Assembly (NCBI RefSeq): GCF_001194135.2
Contig: NC_069007.1
Coordinates: forward strand, 431,336-495,335
DNA length: 64,000 bases
Reading direction: 5' to 3'
Source of the DNA: Octopus bimaculoides
Taxonomy: Eukaryota
Shown here: positions 40,480-54,574 of the stretch, piece after piece
How the letters are laid out: each line of letters opens with the position of its first letter
Numbering within the stretch: the first letter of the stretch is position 1
Program-made: the position numbers and the translations under genes
Notes under the pieces: generated by a model
The model's input: the letters and a program-made list of their open reading frames with translations, nothing else
The model's database searches: none
What the model was told of the DNA's origin: nothing

Positions 40480-41451
40480 CAAACATATACACACCTATAT
40501 ACATATCTATATACATATATACATACATATGTATACAGGTCAGAATGGTCTTGGAGGATTTTGTTTAAGTTAGAATATTTACCGTTTGAGAGAGTGTGAG
40601 ACAGCCAATAAGTCTACAGTTTTCTGCTAATGCAGAACACGTATACATGCATGTATGTAGATATGTATGTTTATAAAGCGATGTATATTTAGGTTTTAAC
40701 TTTATTCCAGTAGCGTAAATTATTATTACAATACATAAAGGTTCATCAAATATCTACGAAATTGAAATAAGTATTTGATTCATATGAAGGACTAACAACA
40801 ATAGCAAACAGTAACTTCGAAGGTTGCACTTCAATGATTAAAATCATTGATAGAATACAATAATAATGTATGTGAGTGGGTGTGAAAACACATGCACAAA
40901 CTAACACACGTAAAAGCAGCCATGAACCAGATAATGATAAACCAAACGATATTAACTTCAATCGGAAATATTTTGCTGACCTAAGACTATGACAAAAGCC
41001 ATACAACAAAAACTCCACGCAGTGGTTTCGAACCGAGATCACACAGTCTAAAAATGAAAACACTTAACCAAAGACCCCTCACAATCTTCTCTCTAATGAT
41101 CCAACTAATGCAGTTAATATAGTAATATATATTCACACAGAAAAACATTACGCAAGGCCGTTTATGATTTTTTTTTTTTTTACCATTTTTCCTATTGCTA
41201 AAGATATTAATTCTGGAAGACGATGATGGATTGGCAACGAATCCGTTTCATTCACTGCTTCATTGTTAGACATTCTTACTTCTGCTGGACATCATTCCGA
41301 TCAGCTATATTGTCTCCTATAGAAATGTCGTTGTTTCTTTCTCTTTTTTTTTTCTTCTCTTTTCGGTATCGTTCTACAAGAATTTGATGGCAATACACAC
41401 ACACACACACACACGCACACACACACACGCATATTAAACAAAGTATATATA

Positions 41452-41525
<74 letters not shown>

Positions 41526-42095
41526 GTATATACATATATATATATGTATATTTATGTATATGTTTTTATATATATTTATCTATGTGTATATATATATGCA
41601 TATATATGTGCTTATATATATATGTATATTTATATATGTATATGCATGTGCGTTTATATATATACATGTATGTGTATGTATATATGGATAGATACACTCA
41701 CACACGCATACAGAAACACGCACATACAAGCTTACCTACTGTGAATTTCTGTTGCTTTTGAACTGTTAGCATTTGGAAATAATGACCGAATGACAGAATG
41801 AATGATTGTATGATTGAATGAATAAAAGAATAGAAGAATAAATGAATAAATAAGGAATAACTTTTATATAGATTGTTACAGCTGCCTCAAAGTCAGATAA
41901 AGGCTGGACAGACAGCATCAATGTGAAGATACACAATTGATTAGAGTTCAATAAGTATCAAAGAGCAGTTCTTTTGACTGGAATAATGCACTTGTCTCTT
42001 GAGGCAGCAAAGAAACAGAGAATATCATAGAATGACAGATGTTTGAGGTTTTTGTGTAGGGGAACGTATTTCGATATATTAGTCGACCGATAGAG

Positions 42096-42138
<43 letters not shown>

Positions 42139-42359
42139 AGCGATAGGGCCGTTGTGTTCCTTACTGGTGGACGTACAGATGAGATGAGGAGTCAAGAAAC
42201 TGGGGGAGAGAGAGAGAGATAGATAGAGAGAGAGAGAGAGAGAGAGTGAAAGACAATGAAAGAAAGAAAAAAGGAGAGGGGGAAAAGAAAGCGCGCGTGC
42301 AAGAGAGAGAGGGCAGATATACGAAGACACACACACACGTACATACACATACATATTGG

Positions 42360-42557
42360 CATCAAATTTTGGCACAAAGCCAGCAACTTCAGGGGTGGGG
42401 GTGCCATGGTAAGTCGGTTACATTGATCCCAGTATTCAACTGGTACTTATTTTGTCGACCGTGAAATGATTAAAGGTAAATCGACTTCGGAGAAATTTGA
42501 ACTCAGAACTTAAGGACGAACAAAATGCCGCGGTAACGGACCTTACAGCTCGCCGCT
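42360..42557 (-). mobile_element. SINE family A copy
   Basis: CAAATTTTGGCACAAAGCCAGC...AAATTTGAACTCAGAAC...CAGCTCGCCGC. Confidence 0.8.
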
Positions 42558-42910
42558 TTCACACCCACACACACATATATACTGACAGAGTCTTTAAGAA
42601 GATGTATTTACATTTACTTATCCGGTTGATGGCAAATGGAAGATGAAAGCAACGATCTTGTATTCGTCCTGACTAGTTTTTGAAAATTTGCTTGTTTGTA
42701 TTCTGAGATTATTGCCGTCAGTTGACGTACCGTGTGGTTGGATGAAGCTGGTCACGAGGTCTAAGGGTCATGTGATTGTATGAATGATAGTTGCTGCGCC
42801 AAGGGACAAGTCAGTATGAGGCCAGTGAATAGGCTATGTGACAGCAGGATCAACTGCGCATTGTTACCCGTAAACCATCAATTTCCTCTGTATATTGAAA
42901 GCTCTCCTTC

Positions 42911-42959
<49 letters not shown>

Positions 42960-43349
42960 TGTTGTGTCTGGGGAGAGTCATTCTCTTTTGGTGCCTTATA
43001 ATTTAACACACTCACTGCCTTCATGAGGCCCTACGTTCGAAGGGTGCCCTTTTCGTGCCACTTTATATATATATATATAGCTTCTGTCTCATAGCTAGAT
43101 ACTTGAATGAACTGTTTCCAAAGTTTTTCAGCTTCAATGAAACACTATACATACATGAATACATACACACATTATCATTTCATTATATGCAAACCCCCAC
43201 ACTTTATTTCTATCTCTGTATTATTCCTCTCATCTTCGTCCATGTGGCAAGTAAAAGAAATCATTATTATTATTATTTAAAACAGTAAGGATGTGCAGAC
43301 CTCAACTACAAACATAGACATATATATATACGCATACATATCTATATAT

Positions 43350-43403
<54 letters not shown>

Positions 43404-44488
43404 AAACACACACATGCTCATTCACACATGTATTCTGCCATTCATACACACGTATACGCGTATATGTTGAGGGTGGCAGAGACACGAGAGACTGTCTCTG
43501 TCCGAGCCGAAACAATTATTCCGTATCTTTACAGTGTACTCTCGTTTTTATAGAGTAAAAAAAAGCCCCACAAAACAAAAGAAAAGAGATCAATGCTAAT
43601 ACAGACTAGTAGTATGCATAGCTAAATGGAAAGACGCCATGAAATGATGCCTGTTCGTGTATCGGGGTGGCTAGAGTTGCAACAGAGAGATATTTGTTCT
43701 GGAAAGAAGACGGAAAAGAAATCTTGAAATGGAAAAAAAAGAAATTCTGAAGTACAAAAATGAAAAAAAAAAATGAAGAATTAATAGAAAAAGAGACAAA
43801 AAATAAATGACTAATTAATCAAAGTTGGCGAACTTTGCTAGATTGAGTAATATTTACAGAGGTTCGTTTCTTTTGAGGTTTATAAACGAGTTAAACTTTT
43901 CGATCGAAACCTACAGAATCGTGGCTGCAGGGAAATGGTGAAAAAAAAAAGAAGAAAACAAAAATTAAAAGGAAATTCAACTTGCAAGTGTGAGTATGTG
44001 CACGTGCGTCGTATTTAAGTATTATACACAAATGTATATACACAAACATACATACATATGTAAAAAGAAGTATATATGTTTGTGTGTATGTGCATGTACA
44101 TATATATGTGTGTCTGTGTGTGTGTGTGTGTGTGCATATAGAGGGCTTATTCTATTATATAGTCATAGATTTAGAAATAAATGCTTACATACAAGCATGA
44201 ACACACACACACAGAGTAAGGTGAACGTAAGAAACCTAAGATGAAGATAATTGTGGTCTTTCTTGCGATGGTGTACCAGAATTGCTTGCATCACTATGTG
44301 CCTAGTTAACGTATATCTGTGGAGAAACTGTACGAAAGAGAGAGAGAGAGAGAGAGAAAGAGATAGAGATAGAGGGAGGGCGGAAAGGAGAGAGAGAAAA
44401 AAGAATCTGAGCAAATTAAAACAAATTAAGTATGACAATTATTCTAACCTTAAAATCAGGAAGGTTTAATGTCAGGGTTAGGGTATCA

Positions 44489-45229
44489 CACGATTTGAAT
44501 GAAAATTAGAATATGCGCAGATATGAAATTTGCTCATCGCTACTTCTCCGTAGCCAGACCAATCCATTTCTCGACCGTATTGCAACTTGCGATGAAAAGT
44601 AGATTCTGTACAATGATAAAAAACGTTCTACACAGTGGACCGAAATGAAGCACCGAAAACCTTCTTTAAACCCGAGTTCTTCTAAAAGAAGGTTACATTG
44701 ATTGTTTGGAGGTGTACTGTTGGACGCATCCGTTATAATTTCTTAAAACTCGGAAAAACTGTAACTGCAGAAAAAAATATTGTCGTGAAATTGCCAAAAT
44801 GAACGAAAAAATGCTACTCCTCTGTCCCAGACTCATCAACAGAAGAGGGCCAATCATTCTTCATGACAATGCTCAACTACACGTTTCACCAATGACGTTC
44901 TAGAAGTTGAAGGAACTTGGTTACGAAGTTCTTCCCCACCCAGCTTATTCCTCAGACCTTTCTCCTACCGACTACTACTTTTTCAACCACCTTGATGGTT
45001 TCCTGAGAGAGAAAAAAAAATCAAAAAATCAAACTGATGCTGAAAGAGCTCATCAGCTCCAGAACTCCAGATTTTTATGTTACCAGATTAAACAAACTTG
45101 TAACTCGTTGGCTAAAGTGTGCTGATTGTAATTGTACTTACTTTGATGAATAAAATTTCCGCATTGTTGAAATATATTGTGATGAATTTCATGTTTCAAA
45201 ACCTTGCTTACTTTTTACTCAGCCTGATA
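44489..45229 (+). mobile_element. 5'-truncated, decayed mariner (DD34D) transposase with 3' TIR
   Basis: Translates as HDLNEN*NMRRYEICSSLLLRSQTNPFLDRIATCDEK*ILY...IILHDNAQLHVSPMTF*KLKELGYEVLPHPAYSSDLSPTDYYFFNHLDGFL. There are 34 residues between the HD aspartate and the SPTD aspartate. It ends in ...CTTACTTTTTACTCAGCCTGA followed by TA (45228-45229). Stops and frameshifts are present. Confidence 0.92.
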
Positions 45230-46479
45230 TTATTCAAGAATACCAAACTATATCGAGTACAATTTTAGCCTGAATGTTGTTCATACCACTAGGAATCCAT
45301 AATTGTTACACACATACACAGCGCCTCTACACACAGGCATACACACATGCATGCGTACATACATGCACATATATACGCATGCCTATGGATACTGATATGT
45401 GCGTACAGTGAAAGGATGCGAAGAGAAAAAGGAAAATTATCTTATATATTGATATTTTAAAATTTTCCTTGCATGTATATACACTCTTTCCTTTTTATAT
45501 ACTTACATTCGCGTACACATGTGTATGTGCACGTACATACATACATTCATGTATACAGACGCATACTCTCACAGACGTATTGACACTTTATTTTAATCTA
45601 CTGATACATGTGATAACAATTACTCGTGACGCCAACTGCAGTAAATTAATTCGTTGTATGAAAAAATATTTCATATTTCCATTCAGTCATTTTAGTGGAA
45701 TATAATAAATTAATCAGAATGTACAGGTCTAGCAAAAACGTCACCGCAATGTCAGGTTTATTTTCATCGATCAACAGAATGTTGGTATTAATAACTCAAA
45801 CTCACATCTCACCCATCAATTCTAGATGGTTTATCTCTACCGAATATCTAATTTTATTCTTTTCAAAATTATTCAATCTCTTTTTTTTTTCTTGATAACA
45901 AACAATTATGCGAAACGTCTTTTATCTGTATTTCTTTGTCGGGTTTCTACGACTCAATTCTATTCATTTTTCAGTATTGTTCCATGATTTTCTCGATACA
46001 TTTCTTTTCTTTTCTCCTCGTTTCTTTACAGTCAATTACAAAATATGTAAACAATAAAATTTCATGAAAATTCGAAACTTCATGTTGCGTTTTATGCAGG
46101 ATTCGGCAGAACTTTGGTCTAAGCACGGCATTTTACCCCTCATAACTTTTTCATGCTTTGTAGTTTTCAGAAAAGTTTTGCGTATTTGTATTCTACACAC
46201 AGGAATTTATATGACTTTGACCAAAATATGTTTAATTTTTCGAATTAAAAAAAGAGTTTTTAATTTTTTGAATTTATCTATTAAAATCACATTTTAAAAT
46301 ACGGGAAGAGCGAATCCCAGCAATAGACCATTAAAAGAGTTTATGGGGAGGAAGATATTGAAAATAATCAATACGTCAGACTGAGAAACAAACGAATAGA
46401 ATTCCCTCCGGGGTTGCAATTGCAACGTATAGGTTGTGACACCTCATCTGATCAAAGTACTTCCACAAACTTCTGCCTC

Positions 46480-47170
46480 CTTTCATTTAGATTATATGTG
46501 AAAGTCACAAACCTTAACTAATCTAAATGGCAGATACTGGAAGGCTTTTACTCTGTGAAAGTTAACAGTTCTCTGTCCTGCCAACTGGACCATCACTATC
46601 TTTGATCTCGTACACTTCTAATTACTGATGATAGATATGAGATTGTTAATTCTTGGAAGAGAATAAAGTTCATCTCTTGGTTGTCTACTTTCCTGTATAT
46701 ATATTTTGAGAAGCACTGGTGGAAGGCCAGCCTACGTATGTATTGTGTGACCTTTTAGTAACATGTTCAAGCCATTCCAATCTCATTTTATTTGGTATAT
46801 GTCATGTGAAGAATTTTTTCTTTAGGAAATACTTTTGTACCCATCTTGCAACGAGAAATTTAGTCTGGGCTGCAAACACCCTATTTTAAAGTTTCAGTCA
46901 GTATATGTCTTCGGATTTTAGTGTTCATGTTTTTCAGTTGCATTGTACACTTCAGGTTCGAAGTGCAGGCTGGGTTCGTCACCAACCCAAGATGGTATTT
47001 CATGGTCTCCCACACGCTTTAGATACGTACGAGACCCTTATTTTGTAAGTCTGTTGACCCATTTGGTACTATAGGACTAAGAAACACGGACTCTGTGACG
47101 CGTTCCACTTCAGACCCTTCCACTTGGAACATTTCTTTACTACGTAACATGATCTTGTAATTCCCTGTAT
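46480..47170 (-). mobile_element. Heavily decayed RTE-like LINE fragment (RT thumb to 3' end)
   Basis: Minus peptides MFQVEGSEVERVTESVFL, MRLEWLEHV, TGK*TTKR* and WQDRE appear in the expected order for the RTE C-terminal region; many stops. Confidence 0.4.
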
Positions 47171-47554
47171 CTATTTCCATGCTTTATCTGATAAGTGGGA
47201 ATTTTCTATTTGTCAAAGATCGTGGATGTTAAGATTATATCCACAACATATATTACAGCTTTGGAGAAGGAATTAATAATTGCCAAAATTTTATCTAAGA
47301 TTTTGAAACAAAACAAAAATGAAACAAAAATTCAAGTAAGATATTGCAAAAGTGTATGAGTTTACGAAACCCACACAAGGAGAAGCTCTTTAATAATTCT
47401 TACAGCATACACCGCATCATCAAAGGATCTTTCTCACATAGCGCCTCACCCAAATATTGTTGATGCAAATGAAATGCTAGGCTGATTGTCGCTCTTTGGC
47501 TTTTCTGTCATCTATCTACCAGGCTGTCTGTTTGCTTGCCTGTCTGTCGGTCTG

Positions 47555-47607
<53 letters not shown>

Positions 47608-48672
47608 AGGGAATAGAAATTTCCCTTATGAATTTTTTTACACACTGGCTTCTTGATAACATTCTTGTAAAAGAGTTTTATCCCTTTTTGAATATATATA
47701 TATATATATATATATATCGCCATAATAGATCGCTAGCCACTAANNNNNNNNNNNNNNNNNNNNNNNNNNNNNNNNNNNNNNNNNNNNNNNNNNNNNNNNN
47801 NNNNNNNNNNNNNNNNNNNNNNNNNNNNNNNNNNNNNNNNNNNNNNNNNNNNNNNNNNNNNNNNNNNNNNNNNNNNNNNNNNNNNNNNNNNNNNNNNNNN
47901 NNNNNNNNNNNNNNNNNNNNNNNNNNNNNNNNNNNNNNNNNNNNNNNNNNNNNNNNNNNNNNNNNNNNNNNNNNNNNNNNNNNNNNNNNNNNNNNNNNNN
48001 NNNNNNNNNNNNNNNNNNNNNNNNNNNNNNNNNNNNNNNNNNNNNNNNNNNNNNNNNNNNNNNNNNNNNNNNNNNNNNNNNNNNNNNNNNNNNNNNNNNN
48101 NNNNNNNNNNNNNNNNNNNNNNNNNNNNNNNNNNNNNNNNNNNNNNNNNNNNNNNNNNTATATATATATATATATATATATATCTGTCGATCTCTCTCTC
48201 TATCTGTGTCTATATAACTATCTCTCTGTCTATCTCTATCTCTCTGTAAGTTTCGAAGGGTATATCAACCGGTCGTATACCGTATTATCTCTCAGTTAGC
48301 TTCCAGTTATCGGCTAACCACAAGGATCAGTATTTAACGTCTGTGACTGCAGTATGTTTTTAGTCACTCCGTGATTTCTTCCGATAGATAACCGTGTGTA
48401 CGCTTCATTGGACGGTAAATATTGTCTGGAGTATATATTACTGTTAATAATAAAGATTATGGAGACTTGTACATCCACAAAATATATTTTATAGTTGTAT
48501 ACAGCATATTATAATAACCTAAATGTGTTTCCACTACAGAGACTATTAACTGCTGTAGATTAAACCTTGCATTATTGTCGGTAAACCGACAATAAATCAA
48601 CAATGAACGAAGGTTGAATACGCATAATGTCTGTAAGTATGTAAACAGCAGAATGCGTAGTAGAAACACAAA

Positions 48673-49548
48673 TACAAGATGCGGTAGATAAACTGTCATC
48701 TAAATTCGGCAAAATGAAAGTAACACTGACATCTCATTTTAAGAGATATATTTACCAAAGTTACACTAAAATATCTTGAAATACTAAAGAGTAAATTAAT
48801 TCAGTAGAATCGCCATTGGCTTCAGCCACAACCTCCAGACGACTTCGGAATCTCCTGCAACTCTTCTGACGGTTTCCTTGTTTAAGTTGGTGTATGCTGC
48901 CACGATCCTTGTCTTCAGTACACCTTTGGTTTTACAAGGAGTTTTGTTGGTCTCTCCTCTCAACTGCACCCCACACATAACAATCAAGGGGGTTGCAGTT
49001 TGGGGAGTTAGGTGGCCAGATGTCAGGGGTGATGTGGTCGCAGAAATTGTCTGACAGTCATGACTGGGTTCTCCTGCTTGTGTGGCAGGGTGCAGAGTCC
49101 TGTTGCCAGACATAGGGTCTTCCAGCAGCCACCGTCTTGACCCAGGGCAGCACAAACTCCTCCAGGCACTAGATGTAGGCCTCCATGTTGAATGTGAGGC
49201 TGTGTGGGAAGATGAATGGAGGCATAACGTTGCCATCACTAGTGATCGTTCCAAACACCATGATGTTGACTGGATGTTTGATTTTTATCACACTCAGTAT
49301 GTGTCCTCTGAACGACGCCCAAACGCTCTGAAATGTTCGTCTTGGAGCTTCTGGCGCGAATACCGAGCAGTACAACATATCAGTCACTAATTTCTGGCAG
49401 AGTGAATTGCGTCATGATGATGTGTTTCTCACAGACGAAGCCCAGCTGACCCGACTATAATGTGTAATCGACAAAATCAAAAACAAACAACGCGCACGCG
49501 TGAAATTAAAATTATACAATGCCGACGATTTACCCATCGCACGCTGTA
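48673..49548 (-). mobile_element. Internally deleted Tc1/mariner element of the DD37D (maT/mori) class, with both TIRs and TA target duplication
   Basis: Minus translation: KHPVNIMVFGTITSDGNVMPPFIF...PYVWQQDSAPCHTSRRTQS*LSDNFCDHITPDIWPPNSPNCNPLDCYVWGAVE, with 37 residues between the QQD and NPLD aspartates. The ends TA-CAAGATGCGGTAGATAAACTGTC and GACGATTTACCCATCGCACGCTG-TA are imperfect inverted repeats (17/25 matches). The N-terminal half of the transposase is missing. Confidence 0.88.
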
Positions 49549-50208
49549 CATCTCTGATGAAACTGAGTAAAATCGTTGCGAAGAGGATTACACGCAGCCA
49601 TAGAGATACTGGCAAACACATCCACATCGACAATATCGCTTCCTTCCCGTACACACATACAGCCACACAAGATAACACGATAAATAGACAAAACAAGAAA
49701 AAAGAAAAGGAAAAAAACTAACACCACAAAATATATAGAAAAAAAACAGTGTTAAATATAAAAATAGAAACAAAACAATAAAAAAAGAAAAACAGAAGAA
49801 TCGATTATGTCAGTGAGTGAGAAGAGATCAATGTTAGTATTGTTAATCGTCAAAGGTTGTTAGGAGAAAAGGGGTATCGCGACAAGACGTTTGGCTGGCA
49901 CGTGCTTGGAGGCAACGATTTATTGACGAAACGTGATTATCTCGACAAATTCGCGCCATCGCAACTAGCACATTGATCAAATAGCCAACCATTCGGATAA
50001 GCAATTAATTGCAATAACAGATGGTATGGAGCTGTTAGGGGCTGCCCCCTATCGAAACCTAGCGCTTTCTACAGACTTGAGCAGGAAAAAGGAATTGTGC
50101 TAATTGTTCACAACACGATTCCGATTCATCCTTGTGTGACGTTGAAGCATCGTATCGTATTTTAGATGTACGCGTGTGAAAGCATGTATGTATATATACA
50201 TAAATGCA

Positions 50209-50287
<79 letters not shown>

Positions 50288-50378
50288 CGCTTATATTTGT
50301 ATGTAAGTGTACGCAAATACACACACATTTACATATATCAGAAACTAATACTCTTGTATTTTACATATATGTGCATAT

Positions 50379-50420
<42 letters not shown>

Positions 50421-50569
50421 TTTGTGTGTGTGTGCGTTTGTGTCTGTGTGTGCATATGTATATATGTGTGGCTACAGGTGCACACGGAGGCACATACACA
50501 TACACACATATATATATATACATATGTATATGTACATATATTTGTGCATGTGTGTATGTGTGTGTCTGT

Positions 50570-51115
50570 ATAAGCCACGAGATATGGATTCAAGCAATCC
50601 GGCAGTCCTCGTAAAAAAGCTGGTTAGTCTGTCAAGGCATAAACCATATAGATATATGATAAACTCCCCTTTTGAAGGCGAACTTTGAATGTCCAGCGTT
50701 AGCTGAACAACCTGCACAAAGGATTTGTTTATAGGGATCAAATATATGTGCTGTACGTTGGTTCGCTGCCTCAATTAAATCGAAATTGCCTGGATAGGTG
50801 AACAAGTATGCTACACGCCAGAGGTCGATGTGATCGCAGAAAGACACCAACGTGAAATGATGATCGTGATAAAGAGAAGGATGATGGGTGTTCCGTTGAC
50901 GTGTTGATGTTCAGTATTGAGGAGAGAAGCAACGCCAACAAATCTGAAGAAACAGAAACAGGGCATCATTCATACAAATGACTCTTTTGACTGGAAAGCG
51001 ACAGCCTACAGATACAAAAAAAAAAACATGTCTACATACGGTGGTGCACCAGCATGACCGCAGCCACTTGGCTGAAACCCATAAATAAATAAATGAATAA
51101 ATAAATAAATAAAAT
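50570..51115 (+). mobile_element. Decayed LINE (RTE-like) 3' end with (TAAA)n tail
   Basis: An RGRCDRRKTPT*NDD-like motif is followed by GGTGGTGCACCAGCATGACCGCAGCCACTTGGCTGAAAC and a (TAAA)n tail at about 51080-51115. Confidence 0.4.
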
Positions 51116-51911
51116 GCATTTACGTCATCTTATAAAAATTAATGTCTCTGAATAGGTACATTGAGTTCGTTTTAATTATCTGCAGACACCGTGAACTAAG
51201 AATTACACCCACCAGCACCACATGGACACACATACATATAGACACAAGGTTTTATTTCTTCGTTGCACCATGAATGCAGTTTAAAAATGGCAGTGGAATT
51301 TCTGCAGGTATTGATAGTAGTTTATGAAATTTTAAATTATTTTGACAAGCACACGTGAAATGACTAATTAACATAGATCTTGTTCTACATATTTATGGAG
51401 AAGGAATGAGAGATTCCTTTTAATAGAAAATACAAGAGTACCAAAGCGAAATATATTTAAATACGGATTCATTGAAATAATGCTATATTTGATTCCAGTG
51501 CAAAATCTGACTTCAAGGAAGATTTGTAAGATTAACATCTTTGGCAAATATTCCTTGATGGAACCTTCTAGAGAAAGCTGATTTCAAAGACATGAAATAA
51601 TCCAGCTTCTGTGACATTATAAAGCGATTACTAGCATCTCAAAGAGCGACAGGGATCAAGGCCTATTTTTTAAATATTGATAATGGAATATTTCCTACCG
51701 GTGTCTTCTGCATAAAGATCATGCAGTTAAATACATGCAGGAAATAGCAGAGAATCTCCTCTTTCCATTCTTGTTATGCTTTGAATCAATGAAAATTTCT
51801 CGAGTTATGTCAGTTGCTAACTTTCAGATTAAGTAAAGTAAAATTCAAAACAAAGAACATTTTATATTTAGTCGCCGAAATCTGAGTTCGGAAAGTAACG
51901 TTTATCCTTGA

Positions 51912-52225
51912 CGTGCTTCAATCGGTAGACTGTGGCCAGGCTGGGGCATTGCCTTGAGTAATATTTAGTCGAATGAATCGAACCAAGTACGTTTGTTTTA
52001 AAACCTGATACTTATTCCGTCGTTCATCTTTGCCGAATCACTAATTGTTGCGGACGACAACATACCAACACCGGTTGTCAAGCGGTAGTGGGACACACAA
52101 ACACACATATATATTTGCATACATGAAGATTTGGTCGGTCCGAGGCTATAGTAAAAGACATTTACCCAAGGTTCCACAGCAGGACTGAACGCGGCACCAT
52201 GTGGTTAGGAAGCAAGCTATTTACC
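51912..52225 (-). mobile_element. SINE family B, long form
   Basis: GACTGTGGCCAGGCTGGGGCA...GGTCGGTCCGAGGCTATAGTAAAAGACA...GCACCATGTGGTTAGGAAGCAAGC. Confidence 0.8.
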
Positions 52226-52775
52226 ACACAGCCACATCTGTGTCTCTATTGACTTTGTTTTCGTTGTTGTGTCGCCCTCACTCGTCTGTCATCATCAGAG
52301 AAAAATCTCCGCCTTTTATTGACACAGTTTATCAAGGAGTAAACTTCTTCAACAACTCCTTCCGAGTTGTTTAGTTCCATGTGAGACCAAGTAACAAATA
52401 TGTCAAAAACGTTCAAGCATGCTGGGTATTTTTTCAGAGGCCTAGGATATCTAGGACTACGTTGTATAATGTGTCCTATTTTAAGAGAGTCAAGTGTGAT
52501 TTGATCAGGGATTGGCTGTTATTTCAGGCTGCTGGAGTGATATGCGCCCTCACTCGCTGACACATCTGCTGTTGTTGCTTGTCAGCTCAGTCGATTATTT
52601 TGTCAGCCTTTCTGTTGATAGATCTATACCAACTACAGAAGTATAAATTTAGCTGCTTGTGTGTATGTCGTATCACACAGCAAAAAGTCATTCTGCAAGA
52701 GTTTGTATTAACTACAGTTCTTTATTGTTGGTGTCAGTTTATTATGATGCGATAGATATCAGTGTTATAGCGAGC

Positions 52776-52806
<31 letters not shown>

Positions 52807-53015
52807 NNNNNNNNNNNNNNNNNNNNNNNNNNNNNNNNNNNNNNNNNNNNNNNNNNNNNNNNNNNNNNNNNNNNNNNNNNNNNNNNNNNNNNNNNNNNNN
52901 NNNNNNNNNNNNNNNNNNNNNNNNNNNNNNNNNNNNNNNNNNNNNNNNNNNNNNNNNNNNNNNNNNNNNNNNNNNNNNNNNNNNNNNNNNNNNNNNNNNN
53001 NNNNNNNNNNNNNNN

Positions 53016-53047
<32 letters not shown>

Positions 53048-53869
53048 AAATCGATAGAGAAAAGCTGACACAAATGTGTGACCATATAAATGCACGCACA
53101 CACACACATATACAGGTAGATATATAGGAATATATACGTGTTTGTTTGTGTGTGTGTAAGTATGTGTGCATCTATGAGAGTGCTCGCAAATATATTTATA
53201 TAAATGTGTGTGTGTATATTTTTCGTTTTGACCTTCTACTATTAGCCATTGTTTTATTATTCTTTTACTTTTTTCTAATTGTTTTGTTTTGAGTTTTCAA
53301 ATTTTTTGTTATTTCCCACAATTCTTCACTTCACTCTTTACTCTCCAGTCTCCCTTGTATCTTTCTTTTTCCTTTCGTTGTTTTTTCATTTTATTTTTGT
53401 CCTTTTATCATTTTTCAGTTTTATATCTTTCTTGTTTAATCAAACCGTTTTTGATTCTCAATCACCACAGGGGAATCAAAATAAAATTAACGCACAATAA
53501 ATTGAATTTCTTTCTTTCTTTCTCCCTCTCTCTCATACACACACACACTCATTCTTTTTTTCTTTTAATTTTATTTTTATTATGCCAATAACTGTGAAAC
53601 AATAGTGAATTTATTTGCTGATTTTGATGGACGGGTGTGTTGGTGGGAGTGATTCATTATTTTTGTTCGTTTTTTTGTAGTCTTGTTTTTCATTGTGGTT
53701 AAAAAACCACATACTGCCATTTTGTTTTCCACTAATAAAAACATATGTTTGGCATTTTACTTATCATTAATGTTGACTGGTTATTCTTATCATTTTCAAT
53801 ATCATTACTATTATCATTATCATCATCATTATCGACGCCGTAGTCGTCATCATCATTATTGTTGTTGTT

Positions 53870-54082
53870 AATCCGTTTGGTTGGGACTCCGTCGGTTACG
53901 ACGATGAGGGTTCCAGTTGATCCGATCAACGGAACAGCCTGCTCGTGAAATCAACGTGCAAGTGACTGAGCACTCCACAGACACGTGTCCCTTAACGTAG
54001 TTCTCGGGGATATTCAGTGTGACACAGAGTGTGACAAGGCTGACCCTTTGAATTACAGGTACAACAGAAACAGGAAGTAAGA
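53870..54082 (-). mobile_element. SINE family C 3' half (cut by a gap)
   Basis: Nearly identical to 56432-56720: GGTTCCAGTTGATCCGATCAACGGAACAGCCTGCTCGTGAAAT... Confidence 0.88.
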
Positions 54083-54183
54083 NNNNNNNNNNATGGTTCT
54101 ATGCCTACTTCCTATATCCATCTCTTCAAATCTTTAGGGATAGATCCTAATGCACCTCTAACTACGAATATTCGTTTCAAATA

Positions 54184-54215
<32 letters not shown>

Positions 54216-54533
54216 ATATATATATATACATAAAATATATAATATACATACATAATATACATATATATAATATACGTATACAATATATGTATGTATATAT
54301 ATAAAATATACATACATAATATAGGTATGTATATATATACATACGATATGTATATGTATACACACATATATACATATAATACTTGCTCATACATATAATA
54401 TATATATACATATATATATCTTGCCCATATGTATATATGTATATATATACACACGCACATACACATGTATTTATATGATATATAAAATACATATATAATA
54501 TATATGTATGTATATATATATAATATGTATATA

Positions 54534-54574
<41 letters not shown>

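Noticed and set aside
43600-43810. Two strong minus-strand acceptors (at 43699-43701 and about 43747)
   Set aside because: No downstream donor and stops in all frames; long purine/pyrimidine tracts are common in this DNA.
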